Source: a virus (Duplodnaviria; Caudoviricetes). Taken from it: a DNA stretch of 64,000 nucleotides. The notes under the pieces were generated by a model. It did not search any database, was not told the DNA's origin, and saw only the letters and a list, made by a program, of their open reading frames with translations. Positions 38,235-47,691 of this stretch are shown here, in pieces. The position numbers were made by a program, and so were the translations under genes. Numbering within the stretch: the stretch's first letter is position 1; every line of letters starts with the position of its first letter. The stretch covers positions 192,001 to 256,000 of IMG/VR virus record IMGVR_UViG_3300042892_002922, one strand, 5' to 3'.

Positions 38235-38924
38235 ATGGGTTATTTAATAAACGATGACCTTTTATGGGTGATCACCCCTAAATGTGCTAGCGACTCAATA
38301 GAAACTGCATTATTAAACTCAAGTTTAAATTTAAAAAAATATAGCGAACACTTCGAACAACATACCCATATGCATATACCACTAAACGAGTGCTTAACTA
38401 AGTTTGGTAAAAAAGAAACAATATGTATCACTAGAGATTGGTTTGAAAAATGGTTAAGTTCATTAAATTTTATTTGGGATTATATAGAATTATATAGTGA
38501 ATATGAACCAGTATGTAAATGGGAGGACATCAATAATAATGTTATTTATGAGATATTTGATAGCGAATTTGTAAATAAACTTTACTCATTAAATCATACC
38601 TCTAATGAAGAATGTTTTTTGAAATTATTAAAAAGGAACACCGAAGATATTATAAACGTACCCAAAGAAATTTATGGAATAATAATAACTCTAATATCTG
38701 AACGCTATTGGAAAAGTAATGTAAAATGCACATATGAATTTGATATTAAAAAATTAGACGATTTTGTCAATTTCATTGAAAATAGGTTTGGTGAAAAATT
38801 AATAATAGAAAAGAAAAACGTATCTACAAAAAGACCAAATAAATTAATAGTAAATAATGAATTGAAATCTTTTGTTTGGGAAAAATTTGAAAAAATATTT
38901 GAAAAAAGAAATCAATTAATTTAA
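38235..38924 (+). CDS. Sulfotransferase-family protein; ends KRNQLI
   Basis: WVITPKCASDSI (5'-PSB-like); TRDWFEKWLSS (3'-PB-like). Confidence 0.65.
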   Translation: MGYLINDDLLWVITPKCASDSIETALLNSSLNLKKYSEHFEQHTHMHIPLNECLTKFGKKETICITRDWFEKWLSSLNFIWDYIELYSEYEPVCKWEDINNNVIYEIFDSEFVNKLYSLNHTSNEECFLKLLKRNTEDIINVPKEIYGIIITLISERYWKSNVKCTYEFDIKKLDDFVNFIENRFGEKLIIEKKNVSTKRPNKLIVNNELKSFVWEKFEKIFEKRNQLI

Positions 38925-38925
38925 T

Positions 38926-39594
38926 ATGGCAACTATTTGGACATTTGGGGATTCATTTACTTCTGGAGACGGGTGTGTAGAAAACCTAAGAATTAGAGAC
39001 GGTGATTTTAGATATTATAACGAATATAAAAAACTAGGCAGTGATATATGGCCTAATTTATTAGGTAAAACTTTAGGATATGACGTAAAAAATCTAGGAA
39101 AAAGCGGTGCAAGTAATGACTATATTTTAGATTCTATTATTGATAATTTTAACATGATAGAACCAAATGATGTGGTGATAATTGAAAAAACATTTTACCA
39201 AAGATTTGATATACCTAAATCAACGGGTGATGGGTTTCAAACAATTTATGCTGAAGGACTTTATCAACTTTCTATTGATTTAAAAATGGAAAGATATTTT
39301 TGTGAAGATAAATTAGAAATTGAAACGGTATTAAATTATGGTGTTTTATTTTCCGACAATAAATTATTTAAAGAAAGACAAGATAAACGATTTGAATTTA
39401 TACAAGCACAATTAAATAATAAAACAGATAAAATATTAATATGGGATGTTTTAGATTTTTTAGACGGTAAAATTGAAACAATAGGTCAACACACTGAGGG
39501 TAATATAAAAGATTATCATTTTAGTTTTAATGGTCATAAAAGATTTAGCGAATTTCTATATAAAAAATTATATATTAAACCCTCATTAGTTTAA
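38926..39594 (+). CDS. SGNH/GDSL-like protein; ends KPSLV
   Basis: TFGDSFT; NLGKSGASND; DYHFSFNGH. Confidence 0.7.
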   Translation: MATIWTFGDSFTSGDGCVENLRIRDGDFRYYNEYKKLGSDIWPNLLGKTLGYDVKNLGKSGASNDYILDSIIDNFNMIEPNDVVIIEKTFYQRFDIPKSTGDGFQTIYAEGLYQLSIDLKMERYFCEDKLEIETVLNYGVLFSDNKLFKERQDKRFEFIQAQLNNKTDKILIWDVLDFLDGKIETIGQHTEGNIKDYHFSFNGHKRFSEFLYKKLYIKPSLV

Positions 39595-40326
39595 ATGTTA
39601 GTCGATAAAAAATTTATTTTTATAAGTTTACCAAGATGCGCATCAACATCATTTATGATTAGGTGTGTTAAAAACAAAATACCAATAGAGCATTTCAACT
39701 CAAACCATGATAATCAGTTGATTAAAATCAATGAATGGGAAAAAATGGGTAATGAAGAATTGGCGGATAGATTAGTACATGCGCACGAACCATTACATAT
39801 GTTACAAGAAAAATTTGGGACGAACAACCAAATTATTTCAATAAAACGAAATAAGTACGATAGATTTTTATCTTTATGGAAACACATCATAGACGAATTA
39901 CACAGAATTAACAAACTTGATATTGCTGACATCTTTTCAAAATTAACAACTAATGATCTGTTTGTTAATATTAAACCAAATGACATTTATAATTCGGAAA
40001 ATAGAATTAAAGTTATTGATAATTTTTTATCTAGGTTAGAAATTTCAAAAGAAGAATCTTACACTAAAAATATGTTAGATATATTGTTTATGCCAGTAGT
40101 TGAACTTACAAATAACGACCCAAATATTATCTGGTTTGATATTAACAGTTTGAGAGATTTAGAAAATTGGGTGTCAAAAAAACTAAATAGAGATTTTAAA
40201 ATGGAAAAAATAAATTCAAGTAAACATTTTAATTCAGTAATGGAGAACGATGATAATTTTAAACAGAAATATGATAATCTTTATAAAGAATTTGACCAAA
40301 GAAAAACAACTAAAACATTATTGTAA
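39595..40326 (+). CDS. Sulfotransferase-family protein; ends TTKTLL
   Basis: FIFISLPRCASTSF; KRNKYDRFLSLW. Confidence 0.65.
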   Translation: MLVDKKFIFISLPRCASTSFMIRCVKNKIPIEHFNSNHDNQLIKINEWEKMGNEELADRLVHAHEPLHMLQEKFGTNNQIISIKRNKYDRFLSLWKHIIDELHRINKLDIADIFSKLTTNDLFVNIKPNDIYNSENRIKVIDNFLSRLEISKEESYTKNMLDILFMPVVELTNNDPNIIWFDINSLRDLENWVSKKLNRDFKMEKINSSKHFNSVMENDDNFKQKYDNLYKEFDQRKTTKTLL

Positions 40327-41495
40327 TGGAAATTCAATTTTGGTATAGCGATATTTTACCAAATACAAATATTAGAAATTCAATCGAAAAAATAGATAGT
40401 GACATCTTATTTAAAAATATCCACACCGATAAGGTAGATGTTACAAAATTAAATTTTTTATTTTTTTTGTTAGAAACTGAATGGACTAATTCCGATATCC
40501 CAAACATAGCGTATACTCATTCTAGTGAATTTATTGAATTACTAATTAAGTTACAATCTGAAAATTTCTATTTTATGTGTAATAATTCTGGGGAAGCCGA
40601 ACTTTGGGTGGATAATTTATCCTTGAATTTTTTTAATTTGTTAAAAAAAAATAAAATTGATTTTAACAGATTAATAATTGTAAATAACGATTCATCTAAA
40701 ATTGGTATAGGTAAAACAAAATATGGGGATTTTATATTAAACACCTGTTTTTTTCCTAATTTCTTTTTATCTACCTATGAGCATTTAAAGTCATATGTAA
40801 CTGAATTAAACCCTAACACCATACCTGATAAAAAATTCTTATGTTTAAATAGAAGAATGGGTTATGAAAAATATAAATTAATCGAGAGGTTATATCATAT
40901 GGGGTTGTTAAATGACACCAGATTTTCTTGGGTAAAAAATAGCACGAATAAAAATCTGTTAAATAAAGAATTACTTAATGAATTAAACATAGATGTTGAT
41001 AACTTTAACCCTATTCAGTTAGAAGATGATGTAATGTATGGTGCTGATTTAGTTATGGAAAAGTATCTTTACACCATAAACCCCAAATGGTATTATAAAA
41101 GTAAAGTTAATATTATATTGGAAACAATGCTATACCCAAATTCAATTCATCTGACAGAAAAAACCTGGAAAGCAATTTATTTAGGTGTCCCGTTTGTTAT
41201 ATATTCACCATCTAAACACTATCTTAAAACCTTAAGGGATATGGGATTCAAGACATTTAATTCTGTGATTAATGAGGATTATGATGAGATGCTAGGTAAA
41301 GATAAAATAACACAAGTTATAAAAAGCGCTGAAGAACTGGCTAGTATCTATGACACCCCCAAAGTATTAGATATATGTAGATTTAACCAAGAATTATATT
41401 TTAATTTTCAACACAGAAAAAAAATATATAATGAGTTTTTTTTAAATAAAATTTGTGATGTTAAAAACTTAACAATTCCTAAAACATTAATTTAA
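40326..41495 (+). CDS. FxxLNR/SEK family paralog 3; ends PKTLI
   Basis: FLCLNRR; LTEKTWKAI..GVPFV..LKTLRDMGFKTF..INEDYD. Confidence 0.45.
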   Translation: MEIQFWYSDILPNTNIRNSIEKIDSDILFKNIHTDKVDVTKLNFLFFLLETEWTNSDIPNIAYTHSSEFIELLIKLQSENFYFMCNNSGEAELWVDNLSLNFFNLLKKNKIDFNRLIIVNNDSSKIGIGKTKYGDFILNTCFFPNFFLSTYEHLKSYVTELNPNTIPDKKFLCLNRRMGYEKYKLIERLYHMGLLNDTRFSWVKNSTNKNLLNKELLNELNIDVDNFNPIQLEDDVMYGADLVMEKYLYTINPKWYYKSKVNIILETMLYPNSIHLTEKTWKAIYLGVPFVIYSPSKHYLKTLRDMGFKTFNSVINEDYDEMLGKDKITQVIKSAEELASIYDTPKVLDICRFNQELYFNFQHRKKIYNEFFLNKICDVKNLTIPKTLI

Positions 41496-42545
41496 ATGGG
41501 TAATAAAATTGATTTAAAAAATTATACGTGTAGTGTGCCATTTACATCATTAGAAATACATAACAATGTTTGTTTTGTGTGCTGTCCATCCTGGTTACCA
41601 AACAAAGTAGAACTTAGTGAAATTCCATTAAAAGATGTTTATAATAGCGAACCAATTATTGATATAAGAAACTCGATATTAGATGGTTCATTTAGATATT
41701 GTAGTCAAGAGCTTTGTCCTTATTTAAGTAAATTAGTGAAGTATGGTGCGGAATCTGGGCCAGTCACTTTAAAATCAAATTCAAATGTTAATAGCCCTAT
41801 TGTAAAAAATAACGCACCAGATTATTTGATGATGAATTTTGATAGAACATGTAACTACAAATGTCCATCATGTAGAGTTGATTTAATAGTTGAAAATAGT
41901 GAGGGTATAAAACGTGTAGAAAAAACAATAGAGGAGATTGATAATCACTACTCGAAATATGTTAAAACCCTATATATTACTGGATCAGGGGATCCGTTTG
42001 TTTCTGTCGGATTCAGAAATTATCTAAGAAATTTTAACCCTAAAAAATACCCAAACTTAAATTCCATACACCTACACACAAATGCGTCTATGTGGAATAA
42101 AGAAATGTGGGATAGTATGCCAAACATACACGGATATGTCCACTCTTGTGAAATTAGCATCGACGCTGGTACAAAAGACACCTATGAAAATAAAACCAGG
42201 TTGGGTGGTAAATGGGATAATTTAATTGATAATTTAAAATTCATAAGCACTCTACCAATTTCAGTTAAAACATCATTTGTGGTTCAAGATTCCAATTACA
42301 TGGAAATGGGTATTTTTTACAACTTAATGTACTCAATATTTGGTAAAAGAGTAAATGTGTTTTTTGGTAAGATAACTAATTGGGGGACATTTTCAGAAGG
42401 TGAATTTAAATTAAAACAAGTATGGGATACGGAACATCCAGAACATGAGTTATTTAAAAAAGAGTTTAATAAAGTATGGAAAAATGAAAACCTTTTTCAT
42501 AATTTATATGAGTTTATTGACAACACAAATAAAACTTTAATATAG
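41496..42545 (+). CDS. Radical SAM protein, paralog of 32437; ends NKTLI
   Basis: YTCSVPF..VCCPSW; CSQELCP; DRTCNYKCPSCR; ITGSGDPF. Confidence 0.85.
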   Translation: MGNKIDLKNYTCSVPFTSLEIHNNVCFVCCPSWLPNKVELSEIPLKDVYNSEPIIDIRNSILDGSFRYCSQELCPYLSKLVKYGAESGPVTLKSNSNVNSPIVKNNAPDYLMMNFDRTCNYKCPSCRVDLIVENSEGIKRVEKTIEEIDNHYSKYVKTLYITGSGDPFVSVGFRNYLRNFNPKKYPNLNSIHLHTNASMWNKEMWDSMPNIHGYVHSCEISIDAGTKDTYENKTRLGGKWDNLIDNLKFISTLPISVKTSFVVQDSNYMEMGIFYNLMYSIFGKRVNVFFGKITNWGTFSEGEFKLKQVWDTEHPEHELFKKEFNKVWKNENLFHNLYEFIDNTNKTLI

Positions 42546-43106
42546 ATGAGAATTTTAATACTATCACATACAAGATGTGGTTCTACCACATTATGTAAAT
42601 GGATATCAAAAGAATTGAATTTTGAAGTAGATTATGATCATTACGATGCTAACACATTTAATTCAATTTTCATTAAAAATAATATAATAAAAAAAATTGT
42701 TATCGAAGAATACAATCCACCAAATGAAGTTATTGAAAAATTTGATAAAGTTATTTGTTTAAGTAGGGAAAATAATATTGACAGTGCCATAAGTTTTATT
42801 AATGCTGATAACAAAAGCAGGTGGCACGACATATATGAAATAACAAATGAGTGGATTGAAGATAATAAAAATAAAATAATAGAAACTGTTTACAAATATG
42901 AACAATTAAAAACCTTATTAAAAAATAAAGATTTATTTCAAATAACGTATGAAAATATGTATATTAATAAAATAGACGTTAATAGAGTTATTAGTTATTT
43001 AAACATTGAAAACCCAAAACATTTGGATATGCTTGATTATGATAAAAAATATAGAAAAGACACATATACTTTAACACATGATTTTAAGAGAAAAAATATC
43101 ATTTAG
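42546..43106 (+). CDS. Sulfotransferase-like (Stf0-type) protein; ends RKNII
   Basis: ILILSHTRCGSTTL; LSRENNIDSAIS; ITYENM. Confidence 0.6.
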   Translation: MRILILSHTRCGSTTLCKWISKELNFEVDYDHYDANTFNSIFIKNNIIKKIVIEEYNPPNEVIEKFDKVICLSRENNIDSAISFINADNKSRWHDIYEITNEWIEDNKNKIIETVYKYEQLKTLLKNKDLFQITYENMYINKIDVNRVISYLNIENPKHLDMLDYDKKYRKDTYTLTHDFKRKNII

Positions 43107-43608
43107 TAAAGATGAGTGTGATTACATAATAAATTTATCCAAAGAGTTGGATGAACTTAAACCATTTGGTTATGATGACAATGTTAATAAAGAAAAAATA
43201 ACAATTAGATATTTTGTTTGGGTTATCAATAGAAACAATAAAACCCAATGGATATTTGATAAAATTCAAACGTATTTTATAAATAAAACTAATATAAAGA
43301 TAAAAAAAGAATTAGATAAAATATATATACACAAATATGACACCGGCCAACAATTTGAAAAACATGCTGACACATATTATAAAACACAAATACACAATGT
43401 AGGGGTATGTTTAAACAATGATTATGATGGAGGTGAATTTGTTTTATATAATCCAGAAGAACAATTACCAAAAGAAACGGGTAACATATATACTTTCCCT
43501 AGTCAAAGAATACATGAAGTAAAAAAAATAATAAAGGGTGAAAGGTGGAGCATTATTGGATTTTTACATATTGATAATTTAGATTTCCCTAAAAAATCAC
43601 TAATATGA
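43078..43608 (+). CDS. 2OG-Fe(II) oxygenase; ends KKSLI
   Basis: FEKHAD; LNNDYDGGEF; HEVKKIIKGERWSII. Confidence 0.85.
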   Translation: MILREKISFSKDECDYIINLSKELDELKPFGYDDNVNKEKITIRYFVWVINRNNKTQWIFDKIQTYFINKTNIKIKKELDKIYIHKYDTGQQFEKHADTYYKTQIHNVGVCLNNDYDGGEFVLYNPEEQLPKETGNIYTFPSQRIHEVKKIIKGERWSIIGFLHIDNLDFPKKSLI

Positions 43609-44162
43609 AAATTGGAATAACAGGACATTCTAACGGAATTGGAAATGACATTTATTCAAATTTAATAAAAGAATATGATGTTATAGGATTTAGTAGAAGT
43701 AATGGTTTTGATATTAAAAATACGGATAAAATTATAGAACAATTGGATGATTGTGATATTTTTATAAACAACGCTTACGAAGGAAACTATCAAACAATAT
43801 TATTTGAATTAATTTTTGATAAATGGAAATTTTTACCAAAAACAATTATTAATATGAATAGCAGTTGTGTGTATCATTCATCCGATTGGTCGCCAGAATA
43901 TGCAAATAATAAAAAAGAGTTAAAAGAAGTATCTTTAAATGCGATTAGAAATAATAAAAATAAAAAAGTTAGGGTCATAAATTTATATCCATCCACCTTA
44001 TCAACTCATATGGGGTTTGAAAGTTTAAATAAATTAGATACTGAAAATCTTGCAAAAATTATAAATTGGTTAATAAAACAACCACAAGAAATAGAAATTA
44101 GAGAGATGAGTATATATTGTACAACATTGGAGAAAGAATTTAAAACAAATAAATTAATATGA
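43605..44162 (+). CDS. Short SDR/Rossmann oxidoreductase; ends TNKLI
   Basis: IGITGHSNGIG; FINNAY; YANNK (YxxxK). Confidence 0.75.
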   Translation: MKIGITGHSNGIGNDIYSNLIKEYDVIGFSRSNGFDIKNTDKIIEQLDDCDIFINNAYEGNYQTILFELIFDKWKFLPKTIINMNSSCVYHSSDWSPEYANNKKELKEVSLNAIRNNKNKKVRVINLYPSTLSTHMGFESLNKLDTENLAKIINWLIKQPQEIEIREMSIYCTTLEKEFKTNKLI

Positions 44163-44929
44163 AATCAATAAAATTTTGGAATAAAAGCGGATTCGATGTT
44201 GCAACTTATAAATGGAATTTATCAGAAAGACGTAATAAAACATTTAATGGCTCTGGTTCGGATGATAGTGAAACCAATACCTACACATATAATGAACTAG
44301 GATTCAGAGGTGATTCAATATACAAGGATGGTTTTAGAATTCTGTCTGTCGGTTGTTCACATACGGAAGGTGTGGGGGTAAATGACTGGGAAACTTGGCC
44401 GCATATATTTTCTAGGTTAATACCTAATGGTATTGATTTAAATGCTGGGTTTGGTGGTAGAAGTAATGATTACATTGCTAGGTGTATTGTGTCCTTAATT
44501 GACACCTTTAGACCCAATCTGGTTAATCTAATGTACACATACCCCTCAAGAAAAGAATACTACAAGTTTAATGGGGATTTAGAGCCCTTTCATATGACCC
44601 CCTGGGGATATTTCAAAGAAGATTCGGAAGGTGTTGATGAATACAAGGCAATCGCAAAGATAACCCATGATGAAAATGATTTGATTAATTGGTATAAAAA
44701 TCATTTATTAATAACCAATTTCCTATCACTAAGAAAAATCCCATATACTTGGAATGGTTCTTTTCTAATGGATGAAGTTATATCAGATAAACATCGTTTT
44801 GATGGTGACTATGGTAACTTCAGAGAGTTTTCCGTTGACGGTAAACATGCAACAGGAAAACACAATGAAGAATATGCCAAAAATTTATATGACTTCATTA
44901 AGAAAAACTTCCCAACATATATCCCTTAG
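44159..44929 (+). CDS. SGNH/GDSL-like protein
   Basis: YNELGFRG; VGCSHTEGVG; NAGFGGRSND; DGKHA. Confidence 0.65.
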   Translation: MKSIKFWNKSGFDVATYKWNLSERRNKTFNGSGSDDSETNTYTYNELGFRGDSIYKDGFRILSVGCSHTEGVGVNDWETWPHIFSRLIPNGIDLNAGFGGRSNDYIARCIVSLIDTFRPNLVNLMYTYPSRKEYYKFNGDLEPFHMTPWGYFKEDSEGVDEYKAIAKITHDENDLINWYKNHLLITNFLSLRKIPYTWNGSFLMDEVISDKHRFDGDYGNFREFSVDGKHATGKHNEEYAKNLYDFIKKNFPTYIP

Positions 44930-44970
44930 GGGCTTGGTTTTCTTACAAATTTTCCTTATTTTAGGTACTA

Positions 44971-47691
44971 ATGAATATATTAGCACATACGTCGTTTATT
45001 GGTACCACTGGGTATGCCAATCATGCAAGGTCGTTTTTCTGCGCCTTAAACAAGTATCACAAAGTAAGGGTTAGAAACCTTACCATTGGTAATAGTTGGA
45101 ATGATTATAATGAAAAGCCACACGAAGGCGAATCATATATCACTGATGAGATGAAGGATATGTTAATCCTTCAAAGTTTGTTTAACGCTGATGGTTCAAC
45201 TAGTGATTATCCAATTTATAACTTTAAAAAAGATTTTGTTCCAGATGTCCACATTGTTTTGGTGGAAACCGACAACATTTATTTTTATCATGATTATGAT
45301 GGCTATAAAATAGCGTACAATGTTTGGGAATCAACATTATATCCAGATAATTTCTTCAAGCGACTATTTTACTTTGATGAGGTTTGGGTGCCGACCAAGT
45401 GGCAGTTTGATTGTTTAGTTGCGCAAGGGTATCCTGCTGAAAAAATATCTATAGTTCCAGAAGGTGTTGATGTTGACACATTTAAACCAATAGAAAAATA
45501 CCCACAAAGAGATAAGATTAGATTTGTGTATTTTGGTCGTTGGGATTATAGAAAAGGAACGACTGAAGTACTCAGAGCTTTTGGTGAGGTCTTTAAAGAT
45601 GTTGATGATGTAGAATTAATTGCATCTGTTGAGAACCCGTACCCGAACGATGGTTTAAAGTCAACAGAGGAACGAATTAAAAAACACGAAATTGATACAG
45701 AGAAAATAACGTTTCTTAATTTTCCATCGAGAGAAGAATATGTAAAATACTTACAAGAAGCACATGTATTTGTTTCTTGTGCTAGAAGCGAAGGTTGGAA
45801 TCTACCGCTTATTGAAGCGATGGCTTGCGGTACGCCGGCCATTTATTCTAATTGGGGTGGTCAACTAGAATTTGCTGAAGGTAAAGGTGTTCCGGTTAGT
45901 ATCAAGGAATTAAGACCTGCTAACATAGAAAGAAAAGAATTTCCAGGTGAATATTGTGAACCAGATTGGGATGACCTTAAATGGAAAATGAGACAAGCGT
46001 ACGATTATCAAACAGCTATGTGGATTAAATCCAGATCTGATGCTAAAGATATTCACAAGAACTTTAATTGGGAAACAATAGCTGAAAACGCATCAAAAAT
46101 AATCAACTCTAGATTCAAGTCATTTGCATTTGTTACAACTGGTAACTTACAATATATGCCGGTTATTGAAAAGTTGGTACAATCATTAATGATGTTTTCA
46201 AGACACAAGATAATTGTTTATGGTGTTGATTGTGAAGTGCCGTTTGATTATCCTAATGTGATTAGAAAAACAATCAATCCACCCAAAATATCAGAACACG
46301 ATAAATGGTATTGGAAACAATGGGCTTGTTTGGAATCATTAAACGAAGATTTTGATTATTATATTTGGGTTGACGGTGATGTTGTTGTTAATTACAATAT
46401 CGATACCGTTACAAAATATTTCAAACATGTTGGTAGATATCCATTGTCGGATATACATGTTCAAGAAGAATTCTTTGGAACATATGATGACGGTAAAACG
46501 CAATTGTTTAATGAAGAGTTAGCTAAAAGATGGGGTGTTGAAAAACAACAACCATACATGCATATTTGTTTCTACATTTACAATCAAGGTTCAAGAGCAT
46601 TTTTTGATGGTATATTGGGATATTATGACACAATGATGAAAGGTAGCCCTGAAGATTATAAACGATATTTTTTATGGAATGATGAAGGTATTGATAATGC
46701 AATAAGATGGAACCACGGTTTTACTAATCATTTACCTATATCAAATTTTGACACATCATCATATGATGGGGATGAAGGGTTTATTGATAAAACGTTACAT
46801 CAGTTTTATAAGTTCTGGAATGAAGATGGTCCACAAAACTTCAATAGAATATTTGGGTATCAATTTATACCAGAAGATAAATCAAATATATTATATTTCC
46901 ACGGGAATAAGAATGCTGAGATATCGGACAAGATGATTGAGTTTATTAAAATGAAAAGAGATGATTCATTTTATAAGTCATATTGTTTTTATACTGACGT
47001 ATATAAATTGGAAAACTTTAATCAATATTTCAATATTGAAGGGGGTACAATTGAGATAGCAAACAAACATGGTTGGTTTGTTGCCATATTTCACGAGATA
47101 TTTAATCTTTTGGATTATTATAAAAATAGAGAGAGAAGAATCTTTGATGGCGACGTTGTAGTTGAGTTGGGTGGGAATATCGGCATCTTTAATAGATGGG
47201 CGTACAGTCAAGGTGCTAGCAAAGTTATTTCGTTTGAGCCAGATAAAAGATACTTTAAACTTCTCTCATTAAATGCTGATCCGCGTTCTGTATTATTCAA
47301 TGCTGCGGGAAGTGATTCTATTGGTGAATTAAGTTTATTTGAGAGCACACACATAGGTGGATCTAATTTATTTGGAACACAGGAAGGTGCTAAAGAATAT
47401 AAGGTAAGAACATATACGCTAGATTATCTTTTTGAAACGGGGTTAGTTGATAAAATAGATTTTCTAAAGGTAGACATTGAGGGAGCAGAACATCACGCGT
47501 TCAAAGGTATCAGCGATGAAAACCTAATGAAAGTTAAAAACATTTCAATGGAATATCACCATAGCCACTTTGATTATGACGAAGAATTGAGACAAGATTT
47601 AATTAATCGTATGGTTAGATTAGGTTTTAACCCCTACACATTGTTTATGGGTGACAATAACGCACTACAAATGATATATTTTACAAGATGA
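44971..47691 (+). CDS. Tri-domain fusion: GT4 (GT-B) + GT-A-like domain + FkbM methyltransferase
   Basis: FVSCARSEGWNLPLIEAMACGTP (GT4); YIWVDGD (DxD); VELGGNIG..FEP...IDFLKVDIEGAE..ISMEYH (FkbM). Confidence 0.85.
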   Translation: MNILAHTSFIGTTGYANHARSFFCALNKYHKVRVRNLTIGNSWNDYNEKPHEGESYITDEMKDMLILQSLFNADGSTSDYPIYNFKKDFVPDVHIVLVETDNIYFYHDYDGYKIAYNVWESTLYPDNFFKRLFYFDEVWVPTKWQFDCLVAQGYPAEKISIVPEGVDVDTFKPIEKYPQRDKIRFVYFGRWDYRKGTTEVLRAFGEVFKDVDDVELIASVENPYPNDGLKSTEERIKKHEIDTEKITFLNFPSREEYVKYLQEAHVFVSCARSEGWNLPLIEAMACGTPAIYSNWGGQLEFAEGKGVPVSIKELRPANIERKEFPGEYCEPDWDDLKWKMRQAYDYQTAMWIKSRSDAKDIHKNFNWETIAENASKIINSRFKSFAFVTTGNLQYMPVIEKLVQSLMMFSRHKIIVYGVDCEVPFDYPNVIRKTINPPKISEHDKWYWKQWACLESLNEDFDYYIWVDGDVVVNYNIDTVTKYFKHVGRYPLSDIHVQEEFFGTYDDGKTQLFNEELAKRWGVEKQQPYMHICFYIYNQGSRAFFDGILGYYDTMMKGSPEDYKRYFLWNDEGIDNAIRWNHGFTNHLPISNFDTSSYDGDEGFIDKTLHQFYKFWNEDGPQNFNRIFGYQFIPEDKSNILYFHGNKNAEISDKMIEFIKMKRDDSFYKSYCFYTDVYKLENFNQYFNIEGGTIEIANKHGWFVAIFHEIFNLLDYYKNRERRIFDGDVVVELGGNIGIFNRWAYSQGASKVISFEPDKRYFKLLSLNADPRSVLFNAAGSDSIGELSLFESTHIGGSNLFGTQEGAKEYKVRTYTLDYLFETGLVDKIDFLKVDIEGAEHHAFKGISDENLMKVKNISMEYHHSHFDYDEELRQDLINRMVRLGFNPYTLFMGDNNALQMIYFTR

